Positions 1-13,057 of a stretch of DNA of 64,000 nucleotides are shown one piece after another. Under the pieces are notes generated by a model. The model saw only the letters and a program-made list of their open reading frames with translations, was not told where the DNA came from and ran no database searches. The position numbers and the translations under genes were made by a program. Within the stretch, counting starts at the first letter, position 1; the number at the start of each line of letters is the position of its first letter. The stretch comes from Azolla caroliniana (lineage: Eukaryota > Plantae > Polypodiophyta), in NCBI GenBank assembly GCA_043228905.1, contig JBHGNT010000001.1, positions 8,494,001-8,558,000 on the forward strand. Reading direction: 5' to 3'.

Positions 1-1212
1 ACATAAGCTTGAACCATATCCCTAATCGTTTGATTAGCTCATTCATTTTATCCTTAATATTGAGTATGATTAGATGAACTCACACTCAGTTTAAAGAATG
101 GATGAACAAACAAGTCCCTCCAAAAATCACAACACATTGAGAAGTTAGCAGAAGAGATGAACTAACAATGGTGCCCATGGTAAATGGAAAAAGGAAAGAG
201 AAACATGGCATGTCATTTTTGGAAGTAATGCAAACTATAGATCTAAAGTGTGTGATGGAGGAGAGGGTTCTTGATAGTCATGTGGAGTCCAAGTTATACG
301 AAGTCTCATGGGTTACAAAACGGAAGTGTCGTGATGCCATCATCGTCTTGATCGTCCTCATGAAAAGGAAGAGGCATTTGACCAAAGTAGTGTCATCATA
401 ACTAAAAGGTTTGAAGCCCACAAAAGTTTATGTTGACAACCATTATATGAGGGCACATTTAGTATTGTACAAAAGGTATTATGGTCTAACATATTTGTTA
501 TGTACACATAACATAGGTGAGGGTAGGTCACTAATATATACATAAGTGAAGGGTATGTTCACTAATGTTAAAAAGGGGACTAATGTGATTGGATAGAAGG
601 AATGATAGGTACATCCACTATCATGATTTGGACAACCAATGAATGGAGAGCCTTTTAGAAAGACACATCTATTCAAGGGGCCTAGGAAAAGGTATAAATA
701 TGAGGCTTATCTACCCTCATTAGGACATTACGTCGGAAGGTTGTTGTCTTAGGCACCAGAGGTGGGGGCTAGACTTTCGTCTCGACGATCATGTTATCTT
801 TTCCAAGGTATTAAACATCCTAATATCTGGCGGTATGGGACGTCGGTGGTAGGTTGACTATGTCTAGATCATAGCTCGGGGGTGGTCGGGTGGAACGGGT
901 TCTTCAATCCAATCTATTTTCCTTCTTTTTAGTTTATTTTGGTCTATTGGTTAGTAATAGACTCTCTTAACAGTGGCATCAGAGCATTTAACAACAATTT
1001 TTTTTTGTTGTTTTGAAGTTTTTTGCGTGTGAGCGATGGGGATCTAACAAGGCTCATCATGGTCTTCTCAAGATCAAAACAACATTCTAAACCCCGTATT
1101 TTTGTTTCTCTATCTCTCTCCTTTTCTATGATGCGTTATTCAGTTGGTCGCATGGCAATTGTATTACATTTTCTTTTCTTTTTTTTCTTCTTTCTTCTTT
1201 CTACGATGATAC

Positions 1213-1650
1213 GAGCGTGTTTGCACTAATCACACACACTCAACTCATGGCCCTTTTACATATTGCGATGTATCTCCCACTCTTCCCTCTCTTGAGCCAC
1301 CTCTTACGCTAATAATTATTCTTGTGCATCGGGATGAGCGTGTTTGCCCTAATCGCACACGCTCACCTCATGGTCCTTTTGCATATGATGTTGAGTATGT
1401 CATTCTTCCCTTTATTGAGCCATCACTTGGCCGATTCTATGGGATGTTGTGGCCTTGATGAGGTGTATGTCGCCTACCTATGCCACTCTACTCCACATTG
1501 AACCATCACTTGGCTAATTCTATGGGACGTTGTGGCCTTGACAAGGTATATGTCGCTTACCTATGCCACTCTACTCTCTATTGAGGCATCACTTGGCCGA
1601 TTCTATGCCAGGATGTGGTGGTCTTGAGGAGGTGCATGTCGACTACCCTA
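1213..1650. repeat. Tandem repeats in retroelement leader: 2 x ~123 bp, then ~3 x 83 bp
   Basis: GAGCGTGTTTGC.CTAATC at 1213 and 1336; GA.CCATCACTTGGC..ATTCTATG at 1417, 1500 and 1583. Confidence 0.8.
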
Positions 1651-2549
1651 GGGTTTCTTACCTTAGGGCATGCTTAATGTTTCATACACCTAATTGATTA
1701 TTATTCTAATTATTTTCTAATTACACAAGTTATCTTCCCACTTTCTTAAGATTTTCTTGTGATTGTCATCTACCCACACACACTTCACTTTTTTTTTACC
1801 CTTATTTTTCATGTTTAAAGTATTAATGTGCGTTTACCTATTATGTAATGCTTCCATGTAAACTATTTTTTCGTATTGAGTGGGCATCATGCCGCTGTTT
1901 TAGACCATTTTTTCCAACGGGTCATCTAGGTTTAACTCATATTATCGAGCCTTAGGCCTCGAGTAAAACCACACAGTTCCCCTATTGACGTTTTACTCAT
2001 AGGTTTGAGTACTACATCTTTGCGCACAACAACACCACGGCTTGTATCAACTTGTGGCTTATGTCACAATTGTGTGCAAATTACAACCACCATATTGGGA
2101 TGTATATGTGCATACCTCGCACCATCCATTTATTTGTGACATTTTTTTTAGTAAGTAGCACATGGGTTTTTTAACCCTTGTTTTTTTTGTCTCTTCTCAA
2201 CTCTTATGGGTAGTGCCTTATTTTATCATTTTTGTCATAACATTTATTTGTTACTCACAAGACTAGAATATTACTTGCGAGTGCACTTGTTTTTCATGCA
2301 ATACAATTTCTCGACCATATCAATACATGATGGGTTGGCATTTTAATATATTAAGGATAACTAGGAAATTACATTGATGCTAGAACCATGGTTGAGCCTC
2401 GGAGAGCCACCGTGATTATTCAAGATAGAGATTTGAGAAAGACATCTTTGTTTTGTTTTTCCCCATGGTTTTTAAAACACCATAGTGTTACCATAGTTAT
2501 CAGATCTCAAATCACATCTCGAAGTTCTATTAGGCCAACTAATTTCAGC

Positions 2550-2705
2550 TTCTCAACCGATTTCGGAGTCGGATTCCCAACCAATTTTGGTCTGCCGACA
2601 CATTTCGACTCCTCAACCGATTTCGGTTAGCCGGCACATTTCGGCTCCTCACCCGATTTCGGCCAGCTGACACATTTCGGCTTCTCAACCGATTTCGGCC
2701 AACCG
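2550..2705. repeat. ~36-bp tandem repeat, about 4 copies
   Basis: CACATTTCG.CT.CTCA.CCGATTTCGG recurs with 36-nt period. Confidence 0.8.
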
Positions 2706-2764
2706 ACTCCCCCGAAAAGGAGGGACTATCTACATAACAATGAGTCAGGTGGCCGAGCTGCTGC

Positions 2765-4219
2765 TTGGTGGCGAGGCTAAGGACTGCAAAGAACTTACCC
2801 ACAACTTGGGAAGGTTTTGTCGATGTTTTCAAGAAACATTTCTTGCAGCCACCTTCTCAAACCGAACAAGCGCAAAACTTGCTCACGTTGTCGAGCAAGC
2901 CATTTACCTCTCTCGAAGATTATGTGCATCCTACTCGAACCCAGATCCAAAAATCGGGACTTACGGGTGAGAAATGGTTTGTCGCTTGTTTTTTGAATGG
3001 TATTCCTAATGGGGATTACCATTGGATTGTCCATGATAAGGACCTCACAACTTTCGAGGATGTCGTCAACCTTGTACTTCGGAACCATAAGACTTCCAAG
3101 AAAGACCACAATAAACCTGAGTTCGCCAAAACTCCGAATCTCAAGTTCATTGGGAAACGTAAGCAATCCAGTGACACTCTTGACTTCGACTCAAAGAAAC
3201 GGAACCTCTTCTGTGCATAATGCATGAAGCGGGGCCACACAAATGATACATGTCGTCGTCTTGAGAGGAAGTCAATGAACACCCCTCCTCAAGACAAATC
3301 AACGAGTCACATAGGCGAGTCTTTTGATGTTATTGAAGTTCATACCAACTACTTAAGTTTATGTGAATGCACTTTTCCTTCGCATTTACTTGTACCTAAT
3401 GATTTACTCCGAGCAACCGGGTATATCAATGGAACACAAGCACATTTCTTGTTTGTTTCTGGTAGTTCTCACAATTTTCTTAATGATCACTTGGTGCAGC
3501 AAATGCAAATCCACATAAACAGAAGTGATCATATCTATCAAGTTCACATGGCAAATGGAGGCGTTCAATACATTAGTGACATTGTTTGTTAACTGCCAAT
3601 TCAAATAGATACCTATTTGGAGAAGCTTGACTTCCATGTTATGAAACTACAACTCGCAGATATCATTTTAGGATACCCTTGGTTTTTTAATAAAAACCCT
3701 TCTTTCACATTTGAACTTAATAATTGTAAACATTTTATTCAATGTTCCAAACTTCTTCTCATTCCCTTGTGTCTTCTAAATCTTTAAGCGAGTATTCTGG
3801 TTCATCTATTTATTTGTGTGTAATTGATCTCGTGCTTCAATTTTATTATTTTAATATTGATGGCACACAATTACCACATTATGAACAACAATTACTCGAC
3901 TCTATTTTATCTGATGATTTTCAAGATGTGTTTCCTAACGAATTGCTGCTTACTTTATGAACAAAACGTAATGTGGACCATCAGATTGAACTCATCCTCG
4001 GTGCTGCTCCTGTGAGCATTCCACCTTACCGACGTAGTCGATTAGAAGAGGATGAGATCGCTAAACAACTTAAGGAATACTTGAGTATGGGCCACATTAG
4101 GTACAGTAAATCACTTTGGGGTGCGCCAGTTCTATTAGTTAAGAAGAAGGAAGGTTCATGGTGAATGTGTAGCAATTATCGCCGTTTCAATAAAATAACA
4201 ATGAAAAATGCATATCCGT
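2765..4219 (+). pseudogene. gag-pol remnant of the first gypsy element
   Basis: ORF fragments 2765-3220, 3224-3592 and 3973-4164 carry gag, protease and RT motifs, separated by stops and frameshifts. Confidence 0.8.
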
Positions 4220-4441
4220 TATTGCAGTAATTCGCTTGTGCGGGTTGAAATGGGGCGGGACCACTGGGGTCTCAGACCAAGGAGGTGGTGAGAGAGGGAG
4301 GTTTGTTTGCATCAGATTCCAAATAGCTTTGTCGAATCTGCTTCCGGACAGCTTCACCCGATCGGTGTCTTTGCCGGGAAGATCTGGTCCGGACCCCTCT
4401 CCGGAAGTCAGACGGTGAGCAGACGACTCAGAGACGTATGA

Positions 4442-5073
4442 TGTTCCGGCCAGTAGCCAGGTGGCAGCAACAAGCTCATGGACTCACCCACTCAGATACT
4501 CGCACACAACAGGCATAGAACAGGGATAGGATCACAAGCTCGGGACGTGACGAACACACCACAACAGACCGGAGGGTCGACGACAAGGCTGACTAGTTGG
4601 GCCGACTGGACAGTCAACACTGGAGTCGTCTAATCAAATCGACTAGTCGATTAGTCGGCCAAATAACTATAATTATTGTTATGATAGGAATGACAATAGC
4701 AATGGCTACATTTGTAAATAGCCCATACAGTGTGTTAGTATAAATACACTTAGGACAAACATAGAGTGTGAATAACAGAATTGTGTGTGATCCTCTGTTG
4801 GTGTTAGCGACAGAGAAGTGAGAGTGTGAAAGAAAGAGTGAGTGAGAGCGGATCCATAGCCAAGTGAGATTTGATGCCAAGAGCCCTGTGTGGCTGATAC
4901 ACTATGAGTGGAGAGTGTTTGTATTCTTATCTCATCTTGTATTCTCTTGTGTATAGTGGAATCTCTGTTCCCGTGGTTTTTTCCGTTTAGGGTTTCCACG
5001 TAAAACATTGTGCGGTTGTATATTTTGTCTACTGTGTGGTTTACTATTTCCGCAAAACTTGTGTATTTCAACA
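4442..5073 (+). mobile_element. Probable solo LTR of a Tork-like Copia
   Basis: Shares TGTAAATAGCCC..AGTATAAAT and GTGGTTTTTCC..TAGGGTTTCCACGT with the LTRs of Copia I and J; ends TTCAACA. Start uncertain and TSD poor (TATGA/TATCT). Confidence 0.5.
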
Positions 5074-6549
5074 TATCTTTTTGTGGATCAACGATTCGAT
5101 TCCGAACATCCAGACCAGGGGCTCTCGTGAAACTCCGACACCGGCTTTGATTGGTCCTCTTCTTGTGTCACTACTTAGAGTGGAGTGCCGTTTTGCTTCT
5201 TCGGGTGCCGCCATATTTTACTGTTCTTTAGGACGAACCAGTACGCCTTCCTCTGGATCCAGCTTGCCTTGTCCCTTGTCCATGACCTGTCCGATGCCAA
5301 TGTGCTTAGAAACCTTCCTATCGAAAGCCACTCCCCGTCGAATTTGTTCAGGGCCAAATTGCTTCGTTTGTTTGCCGACTCGAAGAAGTCCTCGCTAACT
5401 TCCTCTCCTTTCGATACCATGCCGTCTTCGTTTTCGTATCATGCCCTTGATAGCATATCGGCCATGGCGTTGTCTTTCCCGGAGATGTGTCATATCTCCG
5501 GATTAAGAGACTTTATGTATGTGATCCACTTGAGCATTGCTAGGTCCGGCGTTGCGCCTCCGGAAACCATACCGAGAATCAATAAACAGACCATCTCGAT
5601 AATTACCTGTATCCCAATTAAGTAATATTTGTTAGACTTCACCGCCGAAATGATACCCCAGAGCTCCCTCTTCACTTGGACATATCCTTGTTGTTGCTCA
5701 CTTAGCACCTTCGCACCGAATCAGATGGGGAACTGTGTGCCGGCCTCGTCTTCCTAGTTGACCACCCATCTGATTCTGGTCGGACTCGTGTTGATCATCA
5801 GGTAAGTCATAGTCTCTTGTACACCACTTTCCGGAGAGTTCGTGCCGCCGTCAACATCTCTTGTAGTCTCCGAATCACCTCTGAGTGCTCTTCGCTCCAT
5901 TCAAATATCCAACATTTCTTTAGCAAGCCATAAAGCGGCTCGACAATATGCGCGTAATGTGGGATCCATATGTGGTAGAAGGCACATGCTCCAAGGAATC
6001 TGTTAAGAGATCAAGCTCAACTTAGTTTAGTTAGTTAGTCAACCATGTAACTTCGTAGTTACCTAGATAGAATCTAGTTAGAAGTGTTGATTATAACGCC
6101 TTAAATAGGACCTTGTACTTAAGTGAGATATTCTAGATCCGCCACTCCCAAGTACATTTAATATAAGACTTACACCCACCCTTGTACCTATATTCTCCTC
6201 ACACATGTGCACCCTTGCACATGAGATCTATATATACCACATTGTGTGTATTTTTGTTTTTGATGATGCTAATTTAATATAGAGTTAATCATCCCCCATC
6301 TTGTGTTGTTCATAAGTGTATCTTCCTCTCTCTCTTCCGCTCACACAAATATCACATAATCTTCTCTGCTTAACTTAATCACATAATTAGGTACTAATTA
6401 ACCCTTTCTTAGTTACCTAATTCTTAACATGGTATCAGAGTGTGTGGTCTAGAAAATCCACTAAGCCCACCCGACTCTATGATTGTGTGTTCGAGACGCC
6501 GACGACAAAATCTGGCTATCGGCTACCGTAGTGCAGCTATGTAGCACGT

Positions 6550-7139
6550 TGTCGTAGTGTACTTTGTACACTACGTAAAATATGTGTGGAGTACCCGATT
6601 GACTAAGTATAAAGAAATAGGAGAAAATACTACAATAATTATGTTACATGCATAGGGCAAGATTTAAACCCTATACCTCCATGTTAACGATTTTAAGCCT
6701 TACCATTGTACTAGCATATTATGAGTTTTAAAATTATACTAAACTTTATCCCATCTAAATATTCTAGATAAGCATGATAGAAAAAGTTATTCATGCATAC
6801 ACACTCGAGTTAAATGAAAAGATGTGAAAGAAAGCTAATCATGCACATGCAGTGTGCATGAAAGTTGTTGATTTTTTTATAAAGGGTTGATTAATATATT
6901 ATATTCGTGGGATTCACGAATTTGCCATCTATTTCTCTCTTGCAATTTAAATTCATATTCTTTCCTAAACATTAATTAATACACTATACTCGTAGGATTC
7001 ATGAGTTTCATATCTTTCTTCCTTATAATCTATTCATATTCATAACTAAACTTGTCTCAAATTCTTTCTCCTCCTAGTCCAAAAACCCCAGCGGTTCCCA
7101 CCCGACTCACGAAACGATTCGGCGCCGAAAGGCACGACA
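6550..7139 (+). mobile_element. AT-rich solo LTR related to family A at its termini
   Basis: TGTCGT...ACGACA ends and 4-bp TSD ACGT/ACGT. Absent from the equivalent position in copy E. Its 3' end resembles the family A U5 (CTAGTCCAAAAACCCC..GGTTCCCACC). Confidence 0.8.
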
Positions 7140-7216
7140 ACGTGTACGTGACCAAAGGAAGAAAAGATAAAAGGGAAGACATTATAACAAAATGAACATA
7201 CAAATGGGTAACTCGC

Positions 7217-7853
7217 TGTCGTGAAGAAAACCGGCCATAGGCGGAATCAGAGAGAAAGTGCGTAAACCGACCCTTACACGGATGGACGCGTGACTTGATA
7301 TTTTGCACACGAACCGGTGGATGTAAATACTAAGCGCGCACATTTATTAGGGGGGGGATTGTGCGTATCCCGGTCAGAGGGACAGGGAATAAAAGGAAGA
7401 GAAAAAGGGGAAAACGGGTATCGTGCGCGAGGACGAAGAAAAAGGCGTTGGTGCAGAATGGAAGGCGGAGCTCTCTCCCTTCGACTCGAATCGCCGCTCT
7501 CTGCGGGTGTCGGGGGGTCGCTACCTCTGCTTGATGGACAGCCCGTGTGCTTCCAGCAGAGTCGTTCCCTCCCCCCCCCCCCCCCCCCCCCTTTTTGTTT
7601 CTTTGAGTCGTGTGACTGTCGTCGGTGTGCGTGAGTAGGGCCCCCGTGCCGGGTCCGTCGCCGCTTTGTTGGTTGTAATTGTCGGAGTTTTTAATCTCTG
7701 TCATTATAATTAAGTGTTACGTTCTATATCTCTCTTTCTCGCTTCTACGTGTCGGTGAATCTCTCTCTCTCTGTCTCTCTATCTCTCGCTCCTCGGTCCA
7801 AGACCCCCTGTGGTCCCGCCCCTTTCTACACGTATGTGCGTAACAACGCGACA
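7217..7853 (+). mobile_element. Solo LTR, family A
   Basis: TGTCGTGAAGAAAACC...AACAACGCGACA, TSD TCGC/TCAC. Confidence 0.88.
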
Positions 7854-7857
7854 TCAC

Positions 7858-9806
7858 TCCCTTCAATCAATTCTATTGGTCGACGAGAATCACGTCTGAA
7901 CCAAGACCAAGATGTTGGAAGGACAAATGTTGTTCTCAAATTCGAATGGTGGCTAAGGACGAGGTCGAAGCGGTAGAAGAGGTCGATTCGACCCATCTCA
8001 CGAAGGGAACTCAAACCTTCGACATCAAGACGACGGAAGCCATCAAGGAACCTTCGGAAGAAGGGGGAGCTTCCATGCCGAACAAGGTCGGCAAACAAGG
8101 CCCACAACTTGCAAGTATTGTGGCAAAATTGGCCACCGCAAAGAGGAGTGTCGTAAAAAGAGAAGTGAGTTGGCTTCGACAAGCCGACAACTCACAAACT
8201 ATGCCACCAATGCCGAATATGACGACTACAGTGGACTATTCGTAATGAGGCATAGAGCGAATTTTATGACGATCTCTGAATCCACAAGCATCTCCAACTC
8301 CGAAGACGTGTGGTTCGTCGATTCCAGCGCCTCACATCATATGACGTCACACCAACAATGGTTTCCTGACTTACGAACACCGTACTGACCGGGCTTCATA
8401 GAGACGGGAGATGACACCACACATCCCATTTGGCACATCGGCAATGTCCCATTTGAAAAAGAAGGCGAACAAACTTGCATCAAGAATGTCTTCCATGTGC
8501 CCACAATAACGAAGAATTCGGTCTCAGTCGGCCAAATCATGGAGCAAGGCATGCAATTCCGCTTCAACAATGAAGGTTGTTTCATCGAGAAAGATGGCCG
8601 AGTCATAGCCAATTACACTCAGATGTATGGGGAGACGATCGGCGGATGCCGATACTACGTCACCTTCATCGACGACTACTCCCCCTACATGTGGATCTTT
8701 CTGATGTTGAAGAAGAGCGAAGTGCTCTCCCACTTCCAAAAGCTCAAGGGTCAAGTTGAAAAAGAAACCGATTGGCACATTCGATGCCTACGATCGGATA
8801 GAGGCAAGGAGTACTTCTCCAGCGAATTCACTTCCTACCTCCAAGGTGAAGGCATCCGGAGAGAATTCTCGTTCCGACACACACCCCAACAAAATGGAGT
8901 AGCCGAAAGGAAGAATTGGCAAATACTCGAGGTAGCACACGCCATGATGCATGAGAAGCACATGCCGAACTGGCGGAAGTGGCATCCACGGCCGTCTATC
9001 TCATGAATCGATGCACCAGTAATGGAGTGCATGAGCTAACTCCATACGAGCCCCTCGTCGGAAGGAAGCCGATCCTGTTGCACCTCAAGGTGTTTGGAAG
9101 CATTGCAAATGTGTGCATTCCGAACGAACAACGACAGAAGCCTGACACAAAGTTGGAGAAATGTATCCTCGTAGGATACTCGTCCGAGAAAAAGGCATAC
9201 AATTTCGTTAACCCTTCGACCCGAGCGGTTCGAGTAAGTCGAGACGTCGTTTTCGATGAATCTGCATCCTGGTACGCACTAGAGACAACTTCGACTCTGA
9301 CTCCACTCGACCCAAAATCCGCTGAAATAGAGATAGAAGCGAAAGATCGACTCACGCCCATGTTCGAAGGAAGTCGGATGACGACAAGGCTTAGTGGGCC
9401 ACAAGAGCCCCCAAGAGACCGAAGCACATCGCAACCAAGTACGACCTTGGACAGAGGCAAAGGTAAGATGCCCGAATACGAAGTCGACCATCACGATGTC
9501 AGTGATTCGGATGTGTCAACTCCCTCACTAGACATTGAGTTTGGTGTACCCATCATGCGGACACCCAGAGTAAAGAAGGCGCTCACATCGGCGAGCGAAA
9601 AACTTCAACGCTCTTCTAAAGAGAAGAATTCGGTCACTCGGCTCGGCTACAAGTACATGGCCAATCATTATGCCTTTGCGATGAAGGTAGTGGCCAAACA
9701 AGAGCTTGAGAGCTCTACAAAAGTGGCTCGTGACCCACGATGGGTGAAAGCAGTCGACCCAAGCCTCCGTCAAGGGCTTGAGGGAGAGGAACTGAAATTG
9801 CCATGA
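7858..9806 (+). pseudogene. Copia gag-PR-INT remnant in element F
   Basis: ORF fragments 8170-8388, 8497-9006 and 8979-9806, with internal deletions relative to copy E. Confidence 0.85.
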
Positions 9807-11483
9807 GAATACCGATGCCGAAAGCCGCATAGAAGTTGACATCGAAAGCCGGACAACGCCGAAAGAAAAATAAGATGTCAGACGCCTCACACTTGAGCTT
9901 GACGGGGCGTGTTGAGAGATCAAGCTCAACTTAGTTTAGTTAGTTAGTCAACCATGTAACTTTGTAGTTACGTAGATAGAATCTAGTTAGAAGTGTTGAC
10001 CATAACGCCTTAAATAGGACCTTGTACTTAAGTGAGATATTCTAAATCCCACTCCCAAGTACATTTAATATAGGACTTATACCCTTGTACCTATATTCTC
10101 CTCACACATGTGCACCCTTGCACATGAGATCTACATATACCTCATTGTGGGCATTTTTGTATTTGATGATGCTATTTTAATCTAGACTTAATCATCCCCC
10201 ATCTTGTGTTGTTCATAAGTGTATCTTCCTCTCTCTCTTCCGGTCACACACATATCACATAATCTTCCGTGCTTAACTTAATCACATAATTAGGTACTAA
10301 TTAACCCTTACTTAATTACCCAATTCTTAACAGAATCGTCGGGCTTCCATGACCGATTTGCATTCTTCCTTCATCATTGAGATGGCTTCTACCTTCGCCG
10401 GAGACGGTTTCCGGCCATATGGTCCGCATAGCGGTCCGACCACCAGGATTTCTGATTGTTCGAACGCCGACTTCACCCTGGAGAAGGTAAGCCGAGTGCC
10501 CTCAAGCCTCTATAGTATCTTCTTGCAATCAGAGATGTGGTCCGTGACGAATGTCCGACATTTGTCTGACCCGACCGATTCATCCTTCGGATCGACGCTT
10601 CCTTCGGCTAACCTCTCATTGTCCGGCTCCGACGAGAGTCGCTTCCTCTTCAGAAAGTCAACCATAGTAGCATGTAACTCTTCCTTTACTATCCCTAGCA
10701 CCTCTCTCAGGCTGAGTTCCACCCGATTGTTGAGGATCCATTCCTCCAAGACCTTTCGCAGGTCCGTTGCTCTCTCTATCTCCGAGCTCAGTCGGAAGCT
10801 CGGAAACATAGTCTTTTCTTGTGGGCCGGTGGGCATGCGTCATTTTGCTTCGGGTCACTCCGGATCTCGTACCGATTCGAAGGTGCGGCCCCTCTGGCCT
10901 TCCTGACCCTCTTGTCTTCAACCAGAACCTCATAGTTCTGGCACACAGCTTCCACGAAGCCGGTTTTCTCCTCCACCGGATCGCTCCACCTGGTGACCTC
11001 TCAGACCCGCATCTCCGCACGGTCCGCCTCTTCCTTCTTTAGCTTCTTCCCGGAGAAGCCTTCTAGTATAAACGGCCAAAACCCGAAAAAAGTACACAAC
11101 CGGAAGAATGATATCAATGATTAGGTTGATGAAGAATTATTTGAATCCATTGAAAGGTGCTCTTGGCTAAACCTTAGGTGCTATATGTGAAGTAAAACAT
11201 TCCCAAATTTAATTTTACTATTCTAGGGAAAGGATAATATTTCCGGCCACCCTTTTCGAGCATGTATGCAAGTAAGAAAGGAATTTGCCTTCAAGGAATG
11301 TATTGAGGGGAATTCTACATACAAAAATAACTACTTGCATGAAGGATAAAATACAATATAAAATTTACTCATCATGAGATTCAAAAAATCTATATTACTT
11401 TAATAAATAAAAATAATAATTTTACCTTTGGTAAAGGAGGCAATACATATATCTGATGCTATTGAATAATTGTTAAATGACAA

Positions 11484-11506
11484 ACACACACACACACACA
11501 CACACA
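11484..11506. repeat. (CA)n microsatellite
   Basis: CA dinucleotide run. Confidence 0.9.
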
Positions 11507-12414
11507 CTCTCTCTAGCAGCAAAAGCAAGTTGGTAGATTACCAACACAAGGCCTTTGAATTCAAGGCTTAACTTTCACACCATTATATTACACCAACTGA
11601 ATATAAGGGTTGGATGCATGACCTTCTAGTCTCTCTTATGCTATAATATTATTGTTATCTTACTTGAATGTCGTAAGTAGAAGGAGAGCTTGTTCTCATT
11701 TTTTAAGAGTGGAAGAGATATAAGTTGAACATGAACTTTAGAGAGGGTGGGGGACTAAAAGTTGTGACAATAGACACAAAGAGATTACTACAAACCAAAG
11801 TGAGGCAGGGCGAGAGTGTCCCAACAGCACTAACGTGTCACAATCGTGTAGGTTTGGGATTTTTTTCAATGGTACACCCAAAAGCAAATCTAAGCTTCTT
11901 TCATGAAACAAGAGACACAAAGAGGGGGGGGAGGGGGTGCAAACGAGATGGCCAAAATTGAAAGACTAACTTGAAGGTAGAGCCTACAAAGATAGAGATG
12001 AAAGAACATCATTGTTTAGACTTTGGGGAATAATACTATATTTTGTTTGGAGGAATTAGCTTGCAAATCGATGCCCCTTTAATATCTTGAAAAGCTCTAC
12101 AGGAGAAAATCGTTTCGCATTGAGAATTATATTGTTTAGGATAACATGGGGTGACCGATGTATGGGGAAATGAGGTTCTAAAGGTAAAAGAAGGTTCACT
12201 TTAATGTGTGGGGTTGACAAGGAAAAGCTTTAATATGCAAATAATCCAAATTAGATCACATGAAATTTCTCAAGATTAAAATTTAAAACCATGCACGCCT
12301 TCGAAGCTTACCTTTACTCCATGATTGTATCATGACATAATTAAATATCATTTCACTTACAAAAAAGTAAACACCCCATGCTAGGATAACAAATCAAGGC
12401 TCTATTGTGTGCCC

Positions 12415-12422
12415 TATTTAAA
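12415..12422 (+). promoter_or_regulatory. Putative TATA box of the dirigent-like gene
   Basis: TATTTAAA about 100 nt upstream of the ATG, followed by a CT-rich leader. Confidence 0.5.
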
Positions 12423-12514
12423 GCTCACAAATGCCATGCAAAGCTCATCCATCTCTCTCTATATATCTCTTTCTCTAGTAAACATCATTAGTAGAGTTTA
12501 TATTAATATTAACA

Positions 12515-13057
12515 ATGGCCACTAGATATAACTCAACTACATTGGTAGTAGTGATGATGCTTCTAATGGCCATGTCCACCGTTGCAAGGAAGAGTGTCGT
12601 ACTCAAATATTACACACAACAACAATTCGGTGTGAATGAATTCAGTAGTGTGCCGGCAGCCATTCCCCCAGTGAATGGCACATCCACTGGTGTCGGCCTT
12701 GAGGTGGTCTATAACTACACGGTGACAAGGACAGGTGACCCTACGTCCCAAGTGTTGGGCACCGTCCGTGGCACGTCCGTCGCCGCGTCCAACACTGCCC
12801 AAGCCACATTCTTTGTTGTCAACACCGTGGTGCATTACGCCGACCCCAAGAAAGGAGGCCTCAATGGTACCTTCACCACACAAGGGGAGGCTAACTTTCG
12901 CGCCGGGACTTTTGAGCTAGCTGTGACGGGCGGGACTGGGGACTTCCGGGGTGTCTTTGGCTACACCGTTGTCAGCAGCTTCAAATTCGTTCCAGCCACG
13001 ACCAACTCTACAGCTAAAGTCACTAACTTTTACCGAACCGACCTTTGGTGGGCATAA
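12515..13057 (+). CDS. DIR: Dirigent-like secreted protein (180 aa, intronless)
   Basis: Hydrophobic N-terminal signal-like segment; C-terminal dirigent motif ELAVTGGTGDFRGVFGY; several N-x-S/T sequons; GC-rich ORF in AT-rich flanks; ACAATGG start context. Confidence 0.85.
   Translation: MATRYNSTTLVVVMMLLMAMSTVARKSVVLKYYTQQQFGVNEFSSVPAAIPPVNGTSTGVGLEVVYNYTVTRTGDPTSQVLGTVRGTSVAASNTAQATFFVVNTVVHYADPKKGGLNGTFTTQGEANFRAGTFELAVTGGTGDFRGVFGYTVVSSFKFVPATTNSTAKVTNFYRTDLWWA

Larger units (their letters stand above)
496..4219 (+). mobile_element. Degenerate Ty3/gypsy (chromovirus-like) element, 5' part only: LTR, Met PBS, long leader, gag, protease and start of RT; interrupted at 4220
   Basis: LTR ends TAACA at 972, followed by PBS TGGCATCAGAGC (974-985). 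Broken zinc knuckle CA*CMKRGHTNDTC, protease-like FLFVSGSSHNF, RT start DHQIELILGAAPVSIPPYR...GAPVLLVKKKEGSW. The LTR start at 496 is inferred from similarity to the solo LTR at 15282. Confidence 0.8.
6001..10332 (+). mobile_element. Ty1/copia element F, non-autonomous (no RT or RNase H)
   Basis: LTRs 6001-6429 and 9910-10332 (TG...CA), TSD GAATC/GAATC, PBS TGGTATCAGAG 6430-6440. Protease WFVDSSASHHM and integrase FIDDYS...LRSDRG...QQNGVAERKN. Confidence 0.93.
4220..11085 (-). mobile_element. Heavily deleted family A Ty3/gypsy copy (element M); hosts Copia F
   Basis: LTR end motif GGCGGGACCACTGGGGTCTC near 4255. RNase H and integrase fragments at 5080-6000 (VKRELWGIIS, FDGEWLSIG) and RT/gag fragments at 10338-11085 are collinear with element A. 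Confidence 0.8.

Noticed and set aside
1-495. Short ORFs at the window start
   Set aside because: No recognisable motifs or gene structure
7570-7591. Poly-C tract as a special G-quadruplex element
   Set aside because: A single homopolymer in one solo LTR, not shared by related LTRs, and its length is unreliable in assemblies
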